Shown: positions 27,466-39,879, numbered from the whole stretch's first letter. The stretch: 63,528 nucleotides of DNA, filler included, from Octopus bimaculoides (GCF_001194135.2; 7 parts of 7 records of this genome joined end to end with filler, not necessarily neighbours in it), one strand, 5' to 3'. Notes: generated by a model not told the origin, from the letters alone. Program-made: numbers and translations.

Positions 27466-29117
27466 TGATATATATTATCATTGAACTACGTAATTTACTC
27501 ACATGCAGCATCTTTCAGAGCTTGTCGCTAATTTAGTTCTTAGCCAAATTGAAAACTGTTAACATTTCGGCATAAACAAAAAAAATGAGATTTGGTCTCA
27601 TAGAAAAAAAGTTTACATCAAAATTTGTAGCAACGTTATAGGAGAGTAAGTAACGCCTCTAATCAAGTTTAAATCAAAATAACTTTTTTTTTTATTTTAA
27701 AAGCAAAATATATTCATCTTAGCTTCAATGATAACAGAAAGCATGAGGAATTTTACAGTTTTGCTCGCATGCAACAAAAATTTGTATTAAAAAAGTTGTG
27801 AGGTAAAATATAAAAGAATATAAGTAAAGCAAAAAATTGGGTTTAAGTATAATTAACTTTTTATTTTAAAAGCAAACTATATTCTAATTAAGCTTAAATA
27901 ATAGAGCACAATTCGAGGAATTTCATGGTATCAATTTCATGCAATGAAGTTTTAAAAGAAAGTTGTTATGAGTGTTCGTTTCATAATTTTTTTATGAATA
28001 TAGTTCTAGAAGGGGAGTTTTAATAAATGTCACGGGCATCATGGAGGTAATTTTCAATACGGTAAAATCTTGGATTATTAACTAACACATGATTAATTAG
28101 TATAATAGCATAACTTGGAAAAAAACATGGATTACATGGAAAAATGCGAGCAAGAGAAATAATATATGTGAATGTGTGTGTACACTTTTCCAAGATTATA
28201 AATCTGGAAAAGTACAGGGCAAGTTATTCCACTTGGAAAAGTTCAGGACAAGCTATTACATCTGGTAAAGTACAGAACAAGACAAATTTTACTTGAAATA
28301 TTGCAGCTAAGGATAAAATTTGAATATTGAAAATTATTTGATTTTAATTTAGGTACCATTATTTTGTTAAAATATTGTCACACTAGAATACTTAAAAAAT
28401 GAGAGCCAGAAATACCAATATAGCTTAGGTTTTATGCAAAGTAGAATAGTATGAATGGTAGTCAAATTCACTATGTAAAAAAATAGGCATTTGGTCAAGA
28501 CAAAAAATGCGAACACTTGGCAATAACTTAGGCGATAACTCATGCAAATTTTACTGTGAATTTTTGTTATAGGTAGATTTTACTATAATATATAACTAAT
28601 TTTTGTGTTATTCTATATATTGTACTAAGTAATTATGTACTATTATTATTTTTTATAACCTGTTTTCAAATTTCTAATTATTAATTAATAATTTTAAAAA
28701 TGAATTTGTTTTTAAATGCAAAAAATATTTTAATTGAGTTATTTTTCATTTTTAATAGAAGTAACAATTAATAACAAATAAAAAAAATAACTTGTAATAA
28801 AATTTTTAGTTTTAATAAAAGCTAATATTTTCTCAATATTCTATTTGAAATTTATCCTTAGGTGTAATATTTTAAGTGAAAATTTTCATGTTCTGTGCTT
28901 TTGAATGCTACAACAGCGACTCCATCTGAGAATATCTGAAGAAGGAATTGTATTCNNNNNNNNNNNNNNNNNNNNNNNNNNNNNNNNNNNNNNNNNNNNN
29001 NNNNNNNNNNNNNNNNNNNNNNNNNNNNNNNNNNNNNNNNNNNNNNNNNNNNNNNNNNNNNNNNNNNNNNNNNNNNNNNNNNNNNNNNNNNNNNNNNNNN
29101 NNNNNNNNNNNNNNNNN

Positions 29118-29175
<58 letters not shown>

Positions 29176-29179
29176 CTGC

Positions 29180-29600
29180 ATAACGGCAGTTCGTATTGCA
29201 GTCCGACCTGGTTGAAAATGGAGTGCTGCCAAACAAAAGAGCTGCCGAAGGCTCTTGTTGAGACCGTGTTGATTGGGTGTTTATGCCGAAGCTACCTCCC
29301 AACATGCAAGATTGGTAATATCTAGGGAAATAAGAGGCATCATTTCTATCAAGATGTTTGCAAGGTGTACAGATAGTACGTGATCGTAGGATAGTGGTGC
29401 TCAGCCAATAAGAAACATGTACAAGATGGCTCGACATATTGTGGTGGAACACTACTTGGTCAGATGTCTGGTGGGATGACAACAGTGGCATCAGATTTCT
29501 GACACAGGCTATCTATGACACCTTACCAAGTCCAACAAAGCTTCACACACAGAGTCCTCCTGTTCCTTGTGTACTGGATGATCTCTTTCCTCAACCTAAC
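29180..29600 (+). mobile_element. Continuation of the Hero-like relic
   Basis: The segments VRPG*KWSA and TTWSDVWWD..SGIRFLTQAIYDTLPSP.KLH resemble Hero 'VRTGRKW' and 'TW.D.W....I.FL....YD.LPSP.NL'. Confidence 0.7.
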
Positions 29601-29714
29601 AGACAGTCACTCAGTTCAGTAGATATCTCCCCAGAAAGGTGTGATGTGATGTATCTACCATAGGCCTAGAAGAAACTAAACTTTCTATCAATGTTTGTAC
29701 TATGTATGTATGTA

Positions 29715-30560
29715 TATATTCACATAGTCGCTCGAATGCTGAGCTTCGCTTTGCGATGCGTGTATCATTGTCAAAGTTCAAAGACCTGGAGGGTGTGCTG
29801 CCGAGGTATCCCAACTTATCAACAACCTTCAGGGTTTCTCCTTCGACAATGATTGTTGGTTCCACTTTTGCGGGGCAGGTTGGTGCAAAGCTCCGTTTTC
29901 TGAGTACTGATTGTAAATTCGTTGCAGGCAATGGAAAAGCAGTTCATGCTCTCCTGCATCTGAACCTCTGTGGGGGAGAAGAAGCATCAGGCTGGCTACC
30001 AAGTTGAAGGTGTACTAAGCAGTTGTACTGCCTAGACTACTGTATGCCTGCAAGATTTTAATGGTTTACGAACGCTACACCATTCAGTTAAACTGCTTTC
30101 GCATGAACTTCCCGAGAAAACTGTTGACAATCACCTGGAAAGACAAAGTCCCAGACACGGAGGTCCTCTCTCGAGTTGATCTACTAAGCACTTACATACA
30201 GATCAAGTGGGCAGGCTATCTTATTTGAATGCCTGACACACGACTCCCCATATGACTGTTTTACTGCAAACTAGCAGAAGGCAAGTGTATGCTCGATGTA
30301 TAGAAAGAGCGCTTCAAAGCCTCACTGAAGTGCTTTGGGATCAGTCCAAAGACGAGCAAGACCGTCTTGCCTGGCGAAGCTGCACCAACAGAGGTGCCAT
30401 CCCCTACGAACAAAACAGGATTGCAGAAGCACAAAGAAAACGCGAACTGCGCGAGTCCAGTGCCAACTCCTTGTCTTCAGCCCCAGTTGTTGCAGCAAGT
30501 GTCACTGGCCATTCTCTGTGCCAACACTGTTGCAATTATGTCCCCGAGGTGCGGTTGAAC
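29715..30560 (+). mobile_element. 5'-truncated RTE-clade LINE with an inverted 5' segment
   Basis: 29715-29960 reads on the minus strand as MQESMNCFSIAC..TISTQKTE...EGETLKVVDKLGYLGST...SSAFERL. 29968-30560 reads on the plus strand as WGRRSIRLATKLKVY...ITWKDKVPDTEVL...DRLAWRS...YEQNRIAEAQRKRELR. Confidence 0.85.
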
Positions 30561-30890
30561 ACACCATTTGGACTGAAGTGTACAACCTGTTACTCCACAC
30601 CCCCAACTTTTGTTGCTTAATTCCCCTCTTTTTTTTTCCTTTTTCTTTATTTCCTTGTTGAAGTAATTTTGGGAGTATTTTTTGATAATTTAATTTTTAA
30701 TACTTTTAGTTCTTTTTTTCTTTTTACCTTTCTTGTCTTCCTGTAAACATATTTTGCTAAATGAAAATCCATCTTATTACTCTGAAAATATTCTTTTTTT
30801 AATTAATCAAGTCAAACCCTTTCTGTTCCTCCTTATCTAACTTCTTATTTTTCTTCCTATTTTTCTCTTGCATGAATATGGGCGAACTTG

Positions 30891-31090
30891 CAAAATCAGT
30901 TAGCATATTGCTATTTGCGGTGTTCCGATGGCTTGATTCCGCTGTACGGTGTGAAAGAAAAGTAGCACAGTGCATGGAAATAAATTAGTAATATGCAACA
31001 TAACGGCTTGATGCAACATTGGTTATAATGGAAATCAACGAAACAATTTTAAACTCAGCAAATAAGCGCAATTTGCTAACTCCATTTTTG
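30891..31090. mobile_element. MITE-like element with about 30-bp imperfect inverted ends
   Basis: CAAAATCAGTTAGCATATTGCTATTTGC at the left resembles the right-end reverse complement CAAAAATGGAGTTAGCAAATTGCGCTTATTTGC. Confidence 0.5.
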
Positions 31091-31455
31091 ATGTTTTATA
31101 TATATATATCTATATATATATGATGGACTCTCCCGTCGAAGACAACGTATGAGTGTTCAGCTTTTGCCGAACAACCACCTGCACAAATGATTTGTTTTTA
31201 GTGATCAAATGTATGTGCTGTACATTAGCTCACTCTTGATATCAAATTAACGTTGCCTGAACTAGTGCAAGGTGTACCACGCTTCAGGTGTTGAAGTGAT
31301 GGCAGAGCAATGCAAGATGAAGTGTTTTGCTGAAGAACACAACGCTCCAACCTGTCTAGGAATTGAAACCAATATCTCGCAATCGTGAGGGCAACACCCT
31401 GACCACTAGGTGATGCACCCTCACGTATGTGTGCGTGTTTGTGTATACATACATG

Positions 31456-31513
<58 letters not shown>

Positions 31514-31661
31514 NNNNNNNNNNNNNNNNNNNNNNNNNNNNNNNNNNNNNNNNNNNNNNNNNNNNNNNNNNNNNNNNNNNNNNNNNNNNNNNNNNNNNNN
31601 NNNNNNNNNNNNNNNNNNNNNNNNNNNNNNNNNNNNNNNNNATATATATATATATATATAC

Positions 31662-32537
31662 ATGTGGGTAATCCCAAAAGTAAGATCTCCAAACATATTT
31701 AGAAATCACAGAAATGTTAATTGTCAATGACGTTTACATCATTTTAAAGTTTGAATATATATTTTTCAACATAATCGCAATTTCGGTCGATGCATTTTTG
31801 TAGGCGCTGGGGCAGTTTTTGTATGCCCATGTCATGCCAGCTCACCGCCATGTCGTTGAGGAAGCGTTGAACCTCATCTTTCACCTCGTCGTTGCTGAAG
31901 CGCGTTCCGGCCAAATGTTCTTTCAACTTAGGGAACAGGTGGTAGTCGCTGGGTGTCAAGTCCGGATTATAAGGTTGGTTGCTGTTTATGGTCTTCTGTG
32001 AGCATTCGTGGGACCCATGTTGCGCACACCTTCCGACGTTGCAACTTTTCACTCAAAAGTTTATGAATGGTGCTTCGGGAAACCTGAGGAACCAAAATGC
32101 GGAGATCATCCAGAGTGATCCGCCGATCTTCACGCAGGATTTGCTCAACCTTCTCGGAAATTTATAGTCGCTCGCTTCTTTCTTCGTCATGAATTTCAGT
32201 ACGACCAGCTTCAAACTCCTTACACCACTTGCGGACGTTTTTGACATTCATGCACAACTCACCATGCACTTCCGTTAAACGGCGATGAATTTCAATAAGT
32301 TTAATGCCTTTCGCGTTCAAAAACCAAATAACTACGCGAACTTCACATTTAGCGGTAGCGTCAATCGGGAGCTCCATCAGATACGACTGCTAAGCCAAGA
32401 CTGAACGTGACAGCGAAGCGCGTGCAGGGGCAGGCCCAGGCGAATGCACAACAAATCAACATTGTTGCCAATAACAGCTCGCACAGTTTCCCTGCGTCCA
32501 CAGCGCTTTGTAGACCTTACTTTTGGGGTTACCCTCG

Positions 32538-32538
<1 letters not shown>
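31662..32538 (-). mobile_element. Mariner transposon, internally deleted, with both TIRs
   Basis: The TIRs (about 29 bp, c.f. ACGAGGGTAACCCCAAAAGTAAGGTCTAC) are flanked by TA-rich repeats. The transposase has the HTH N-terminus (CEVRVVIWFLNAKG...), WVPRML, and PYNPDLTPSDYHLFPKLK...KCIDRNCDYVEK, with one frameshift and loss of the region between WVPRML and PYxPDL. Confidence 0.92.
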
Positions 32539-32601
<63 letters not shown>

Positions 32602-32701
32602 NNNNNNNNNNNNNNNNNNNNNNNNNNNNNNNNNNNNNNNNNNNNTTAATTAATTAANNNNNNNNNNNNNNNNNNNNNNNNNNNNNNNNNNNNNNNNNNN
32701 N

Positions 32702-32736
<35 letters not shown>

Positions 32737-34150
32737 TTCAACTACGGTAATAGTTGAATAATATTTTTAACGTAGCTTTTTTGTCACAGTCAGCGTCTTC
32801 CAAGCAGTTTCACTAATTCAGTTTTAATCGAAATCAAATTTACTTTTCTGAATTATGTTTGACAAAGTGATAAGCTACATTTAGATAAGCTGCAGTAGAA
32901 CAAAAGTTAAGACAAAAAGTGTATAGACCAACCTGGTTGACTGACGAGTAATAACAGAAGTCTGCATCTTCGTATCACGTCGGGGGAATTTATGCGGTGG
33001 GAATATATATTCAGTTCCAGGTGTTGATATGGCTGCGTGTATGTTATTACAAGAGTTCATATAGAGATAAAGAATAAATTCAAGAACTATATTTACTACG
33101 TAAAATGTATTTTATTTACTGGTCGGTGATGATACATAATCAAAATGTAGAATGTAGTTGAATGAAGTAATTCATGCAAAAAAGTTCAGTGATAAGAAAT
33201 TTAGAAATAAGTGGTGGTTTTCAGTCATGTGGCATAGAGAAACAGACGGACATAACAATGACGTGAATGGCTCTAAGTTTAATCGACTGAGAAGTGAGAG
33301 CAGGGTTAGCAAGCTGTTTTTATTAATGAAACTACCAAGAGAAACGCTAAGCTTCNNNNNNNNNNNNNNNNNNNNNNNNNNNNNNNNNNNNNNNNNNNNN
33401 NNNNNNNNNNNNNNNNNNNNNNNNNNNNNNNNNNNNNNNNNNNNNNNNNNNNNNNNNNNNNNNNNNNNNNNNNNNNNNNNNNNNNNNNNNNNNNNNNNNN
33501 NNNNNNNNNNNNNNNNNNNNNNNNNNNNNNNNNNNNNNNNNNNNNNNNNNNNNNNNNNNNNNNNNNNNNNNNNNNNNNNNNNNNNNNNNNNNNNNNNNNN
33601 NNNNNNNNNNNNNNNNNNNNNNNNNNNNNNNNNNNNNNNNNNNNNNNNNNNNNNNNNNNNNNNNNNNNNNNNNNNNNNNNNNNNNNNNNNNNNNNNNNNN
33701 NNNNNNNNNNNNNNNNNNNNNNNNNNNNNNNNNNNNNNNNNNNNNNNNNNNNNNNNNNNNNNNNNNNNNNNNNNNNNNNNNNNNNNNNNNNNNNNNNNNN
33801 NNNNNNNNNNNNNNNNNNNNNNNNNNNNNNNNNNNNNNNNNNNNNNNNNNNNNNNNNNNNNNNNNNNNNNNNNNNNNNNNNNNNNNNNNNNNNNNNNNNN
33901 NNNNNNNNNNNNNNNNNNNNNNNNNNNNNNNNNNNNNNNNNNNNNNNNNNNNNNNNNNNNNNNNNNNNNNNNNNNNNNNNNNNNNNNNNNNNNNNNNNNN
34001 NNNNNNNNNNNNNNNNNNNNNNNNNNNNNNNNNNNNNNNNNNNNNNNNNNNNNNNNNNNNNNNNNNNNNNNNNNNNNNNNNNNNNNNNNNNNNNNNNNNN
34101 NNNNNNNNNNNNNNNNNNNNNNNNNNNNNNNNNNNNNNNNNNNNNNNNNA

Positions 34151-35565
34151 AAGGGCCAAAGTGTAATGAATTGCCAGAAAATATTTCTTTCGTAGTAATA
34201 CAACCAAATTTTCTTTATACGGTTAAACCAAGTTTCTATTATTAAATACCAGAAATTTGGGTTTAATGCAGTAGAAATATTAGCTTTCAATATTGCATAG
34301 AGTAGATCATAATCCTGTACTGTAGAAACATTTAAATTGCCATACTTCTCTAATAAACTCGTATTTTGAATGAGAAATGTGCAAGTGGATCTTTGATGTA
34401 ATGTATTATAAGCGATAGTCTCACTTACTCGACTGGGAAGAACGAAGAAGATAAAGTTGAAAGACACGTAACAGATTAACCATACTAACGGACCCCCAAA
34501 CCAGCCGTCTGTATTCTCATAACTTTCTGGGATACCTAATATTAAGGCGCGATGTCCCAACGGTATATCATCTTGGAAAAGTATGTTTGTTGTTTCATAT
34601 AAAAAGAAGTAATGCATCAAAAGATCCAGGAAAATTATTGAAAGAGACGATAGAATAAAAAAGAATCTTCTTAGTTTTGAGGCAACGAAAGTGGAATGGT
34701 GAAAGCAAAATAACCAAGACAGAAAATGAGGGAAATTGTAAGTATTATGGTTTTCGTTGATCCATTCTAAGTTGCATGGCAATGTGTTTTGACGGGATTT
34801 AGCTAATGAAAGAAAACTAATAATTAAGGGAAAATATGCCCATAGAATAGCTCCGACGATATTTGCATAATTGACAAACATACTATGTTCCATGATATTT
34901 CCAGAACAAATCGATTTTGGGTGATAAACATTGCTTCCATTTTTATAGAGTTTACAGCAATAGTTCTTCGCTAATTCTCGATTTATACCCAATCTTCTGT
35001 AAGCTTTTAATGCCTCAGGGCTGTTCTTCTTCATGTCCTGAGATAAATTTATTAGAAAACACATGTGACCAGATTCTCCTCTTTTCAATGTATCGATCAC
35101 TGCGATTTTCTTCAATTCCTGGAAAATCAAATATAGTAAATCATGTCTCTGAATATTTTGTTTTCCACAATTTATATCGATATCAATCCGTGGAGTAGCA
35201 ATGTAAGTTCCTAGTAAATTCAAAGAGCGCATTGAAAAATCATAATAGAAATTCTTATACGCCATCAAACCATCTGGTTCGTCTGGAATCCAGGTAAATT
35301 GTCTCGCGTTCGCGAAATAATCCATTGATACAGGTTTCAGAAGGTCATCTAGCTTTTTATCGGATAAATGGACTTCAAAATTGAAAACCTTTTTATCTGA
35401 TCTTACTAAACGAGATAAAATCATATTGACGTCGGGAGAAATCTTAATTTCACAATTATTTCCAAGTTCCTTCGCTTCTGTGTTTAATGATATTAGAATG
35501 ACAATAAAAGTAATCACAAGGAAAAGTGTACCGGTTGCTGTTATTGTCATCTGCATGGCAGCCAT
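34151..35565 (-). CDS. Uncharacterised signal-peptide plus multi-pass membrane protein, apparently single-exon CDS; 3' part lost in N gap 33356-34150
   Basis: About 471 uninterrupted codons occur in AT-rich DNA. The protein has an N-terminal hydrophobic segment (GTLFLVITFIVILISLNTEA), a cysteine-containing ectodomain of about 195 aa, and then several hydrophobic helices (IVGAILWAYFPLIISFLSL; FFFILSSLSIIFLDLLMHYFFLY; GPLVWLICYVSFNFIFFVLP; IFWQFITLWPF...). A strong splice acceptor lies 10 nt upstream of the ATG. No transposon motifs were seen. Confidence 0.85.
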
Positions 35566-35575
35566 ATTTCGTTTT

Positions 35576-35600
35576 CTGTAAGAGAAAAATAAGATATATA
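35576..35600 (-). promoter_or_regulatory. Splice acceptor of a 5'UTR intron just upstream of the membrane-protein ATG
   Basis: The minus strand reads tcttatttttctcttacag|AAAACGAAATATGGCT, with the AG at 35576-35577. Confidence 0.7.
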
Positions 35601-35849
35601 GAAGTCATAAAATAATGAAGATTCATTTTAGTTTCGTTATTTTGTAAATATTTGAAATAAAGAGTATTTACTTAAAGTAAATGAATGAAGAGCAGGAGAA
35701 CTTGCAGGACGAACATAATAGAACAGTAGTTAAATAGCACATGATTTAGGACAGTAATTCAAACGTCGAATGTGCTTGTTTTCAATTTATCACATTATCT
35801 GATGCAAACTTTACATAACTGAGTTATGGAAAATGTGCACACATATGTT

Positions 35850-37505
35850 TTTGTTTTATAAAGATAACTAGCATAAATGTGAATATAATTGGCCTGATAA
35901 GAAAAAGAAACATAATAGGAGTGACAAAAGAAACGATCCTTGGTGGAAAAAAAGAATACAGATGGGGTTAGATATGCTTTCAGAAAAGAAAAGGGGGAGA
36001 TTAAAAGCAAACAAAAATATAGGGCACTGAACAGAAAGTATGATATTGAAAGAAAGGGCCTGAAAGTGGTAATAGAGGAACTGAAGCAGCGCCTCGTTGC
36101 AAAGAAAGCAAAGATGGTGAGATACGACCAAAGAATGAAGGGATACCAGTAGAATAGGTTATTTAGCGTAGATCAGAAGAAATTCTACAAAGAAATTAAT
36201 GGAGAGTGTACAGATGAAAAGTTGATATCAGATAACATTGAAAGTCAAAGGTTACATCTAGAACAAAAGCAAGGATCACAAGAAAGATGCTGAATGGTTG
36301 CAAGAACTGAAACAAACAGTAGTTTGTCCACAACAGATAGAACTAGACATTTCAGTTAGGGAAGTGAAGGGAATCAGCAAAACAATGGACGACTGGAAAG
36401 CCTCTTGACCAGATGGATTTCAAGGCTACTGGGTCAAAAGATTTAGTGAATGTCATTCCCGAATAGCTGCGCAACTCAACACCTTATTAAATGCCGATCT
36501 AGTAGCACCAGTGTGGTTGACAATGGGTAGGACAATGCTGTGTTTGAAAAACATCGATAACGGCAATACGGTAGACAATTACAGGCCGATATCCTGTTTG
36601 TCACTTACGTGGAAATTATTCACAGGAATAGTCGCAGATTCAATGTAGGGGCATCTCAAAAAAAAAAAATGGAATTCTGCCAGATGAGAAGANNNNNNNN
36701 NNATTATAGTGTTAATAAGGATCAACAACTGGTAGACAAAACTGTACTTAGAGACTAAAAAAGGAGGAAAACTAACATAGCCATTTCATGGATCGATTAT
36801 TGTAAGGCATACGACATGGTTCCACATTCTTGGATTATGGAATGTATGAACCTATTTGGTATTGCATCAAATGTTGAATGATTGGTTGGAAAAAGTATGG
36901 TGAAGCGGAGGACGGAACTGACAGCATATGGAATAAGTTTACGGACAACAGAAATGAGGAGAGGCATCTTCCAAGGGGACTCCCTGTCCCTACTGATCTT
37001 TGCTCTGATTGAAAAAGTGTGGTGTATTATTATTGAAGGGAGGCAAAACTAAATGTATGAACGGGCTAACGATACCATCGGTGGAGGTTATGAAGCAAAT
37101 AGAAGAGACGTGCTACAAGTACTTGGGGATATTGGAAAAGGTTAAATTGATGGAGAAAGAAATGAGAGAAAAATTTAAGGTGGAATACTTATACTTAAGT
37201 CGAAACTGAACGGACGGAATAAGATCGAAGCTATCAACACCTGGGCGGTTCCACTCTTTAGATATGAAGCAGGGATAACCGCGTGAACAGTAGACGAACT
37301 AAACAGCTTAGTCAGAAAGACAAGGAGGTTACTGACTACATATAGGATACTCAACCCAAAACGTGACACAGACAGACTGTATGTACCAAGAAAAAGAGGG
37401 GAAAGTGGACTGATTGGATGCGAACACAGCCTTAGAATAGAAGAAAATAGCATAGAATGGTCTGTAAAAATGCCTCCGAACCGCTATTATTGGAAGTAAG
37501 AAGGT
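35850..37505 (+). mobile_element. Decayed R4/Dong-like non-LTR retrotransposon (RT region, 3'-truncated)
   Basis: Broken frames give EELKQRLVAKKAK..RY, PDGFQGYWVK, NYRPISCL..TWKLFTGI, WIDYCKAYDMVPHSWI, RRGIFQGDSLSPLIF, YKYLGILE, NKIEAINTWAVP and RLYVPRKRG..GLI. Confidence 0.85.
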
Positions 37506-37527
37506 CAGTCTATAATAATAGTAATAA

Positions 37528-37684
<157 letters not shown>

Positions 37685-38029
37685 TAAAAGGATTGACGTA
37701 ACTCTTCTCAAAGTAAAATAGTCAAGAGGAAGAGCGTGATTCGATTGTAATAGATATTTTATTGGTTGAACGATATTTCGTCAGTAAATCTGTCTTTGTC
37801 GAGTTCAAAATAAGAAATGATAAACATCCCCAAATATGGAAATTTAAATTTAAAGTATGAACGAGAGAAAGCGGCGTCCACACGTTCATGGAAGGACATC
37901 ATGAATCTTTAAGTTTCAATTTTATAACAGGCGAAAAGAAAAAGACAGAAAGAAAAGAGAAGGAAAAAAAGAAAAAGAAAAAAGAAGAAGAATATTTAAT
38001 CAAACAGTTTTATATAAATTTGATGATAT

Positions 38030-38660
38030 ATTCTCCTTTCAACCAAAATGACGTCATCAATGAACCTAACCAAAGTATTGGTTCATGACCATGAAGGGAT
38101 TTGAATGTCTTCAGTAGTTGTGTCTCGAATTTCGTCATGAAGACATTAGCGAAATTAATTGCCATGGGAGTACCCATTGCACGACCCCTCTTCTGGTGGT
38201 AGAACCTTTGTCCAAGTTTCATTGTTACAAAGTAACACAAGTCTCAATAATCTACAGAGAAAATTTGGTGGAATACTTTTGTTTGACCGCTTTTCGAAGT
38301 CATCCATGTATGCTTCTGCCCCTTCATCGTGATCAATATTAGGATATAAGGAAGAAACATCCATGGTTACCAAAAAACAGTTCTCGACACGGCCTCGGTA
38401 CTTAATAAAAGTTGATTTTAGACACAAAGTCAAAAGTACCACGAATATAAGAACTGGATCTTTTTGCGACAGGGAGTAGAAAGCCATCCAGCCATTCCGG
38501 AATCTTGGCTGTGCAACATTCATATCCGTTGCAAATTGGGTGTATTGAAGGAAATCTTTCAAACATTTTGTGTATTTTATGGAGACCATAAAATACAGGT
38601 GTTCTTCTTTCTGACCGTAAAATCTTGGATTTCGTCTTTTAGAGCTCGAAGCTATCAAAA
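38030..38660 (-). mobile_element. Penelope-like element reverse transcriptase relic
   Basis: Segments FLVTMDVSSLYPNIDHDEG and FYHQKRGRAMGTPMAINFANVFM occur with frameshifts. Confidence 0.85.
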
Positions 38661-38989
38661 GACGAAATCGGCCAGTAATGTTGCGTACCGTTTAAGGATT
38701 TTTCGAAAACTTGCGATGAGCTTTGTATATCTATTTTTGAAAATGTCAGCCGATGCACCAATATATATGTAGGGAGCTCCTCTAGTACTTAAGGTGCACT
38801 TTTACATGGCATGATTTGATGCAATGTTTATGTACTTTAGGCTTTCATTGGGTTTATGAAATGGTTCGTGCAGTCCAGTATCTAATTGGTGCAGTAAGCT
38901 CCAATATTCAAACTAAGTTGATTTTGCAACTCTAGAATGTGCCTGTACCTTTTTCTTCTGGCAGCTCACCTCGTCTTTCAGTACTGTAA

Positions 38990-39260
38990 GAAGAACAATG
39001 CAGTCAGATCAAATCTTTCACACTGACTCTAAAGAAACTTTCTAATGCTATATGGACATTTAGAAAGTCGGCAGTTGATGCAGTCTTGCAGAATTTATCA
39101 GCACAAGTAGTTGCTCTACACAGAATTGTGGATGATGGGATAATAAAACTGTACCCCTAAGCAGCACGTACGGCAAAGGGTATACTGGGGACACTAAGTC
39201 TATATGAATTCTTAGTTGTTCTTGCATTTTGGAGTAAAGTGCTAGACAAGGCTTTCAATT
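38990..39260 (+). mobile_element. hAT transposase relic
   Basis: TLKKLSNAIWTFRKSAVDAVLQNL...AKGILGTLSLYEFLVVLAFWSKVL resembles the hAT 'LK.LS.TRW' and 'A.GLL..L..FEF...L.FW..IL' segments. Confidence 0.6.
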
Positions 39261-39371
39261 TAGAAGTGATCTTCTGCTAGATGAAGAAAGGTTGGTGTGA
39301 CAGAGAGATAGAAATAGGCAGAAACAAGAAGGATTGTTGTAGAGGTGTTACGTGGTTGTCAGGTCAGAGAG

Positions 39372-39402
<31 letters not shown>

Positions 39403-39879
39403 GGGAGAGAGAGGGGGGGGGGAGAGATGGTGGCGAAATGTCAAGGCATACTCACAAGAAGGAATAGAGATCAGAGTATAAATGGGATGGTAGAATAGAA
39501 CAAGAGAGAGGTAGGTGGTGGCAAAGTGCTAGGCACGCCCTCAAGATACGGGGGTCAGTATATAAAGGGTAGAGTGTTGCCAAATCTGCATGAGTAGGAA
39601 GTAAAGAGTTTGTATGAATTCAAATAGTGTGGGGTTGGGGAATGCAGTGACCGATGAGACTTGGGTAAATGGAGGGGGTGTTGAACAGCAGATTAGCAAA
39701 GGGGTAGTGAGGACAGGATTGGGGTACAAGAGATGAGGATAAGCATAGTGCATGAACGAGAGGAAATGTGAAGAAGAAGAGAGATGTTGTTTGGTTTGTT
39801 GGGGGTGGGGTGTGTGAAAAGTCTTATTGTTAGATGTGGGTGGAACACACAGTGTTTCGAGGATCCAGTCTCACTGAAA

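Noticed and set aside
33172-33355. C-terminal 60 aa assigned by the ORF track to the 797-aa protein
   Set aside because: The frame across the 795-N gap is only an estimate. This segment may be UTR, and the true stop may lie in the gap.
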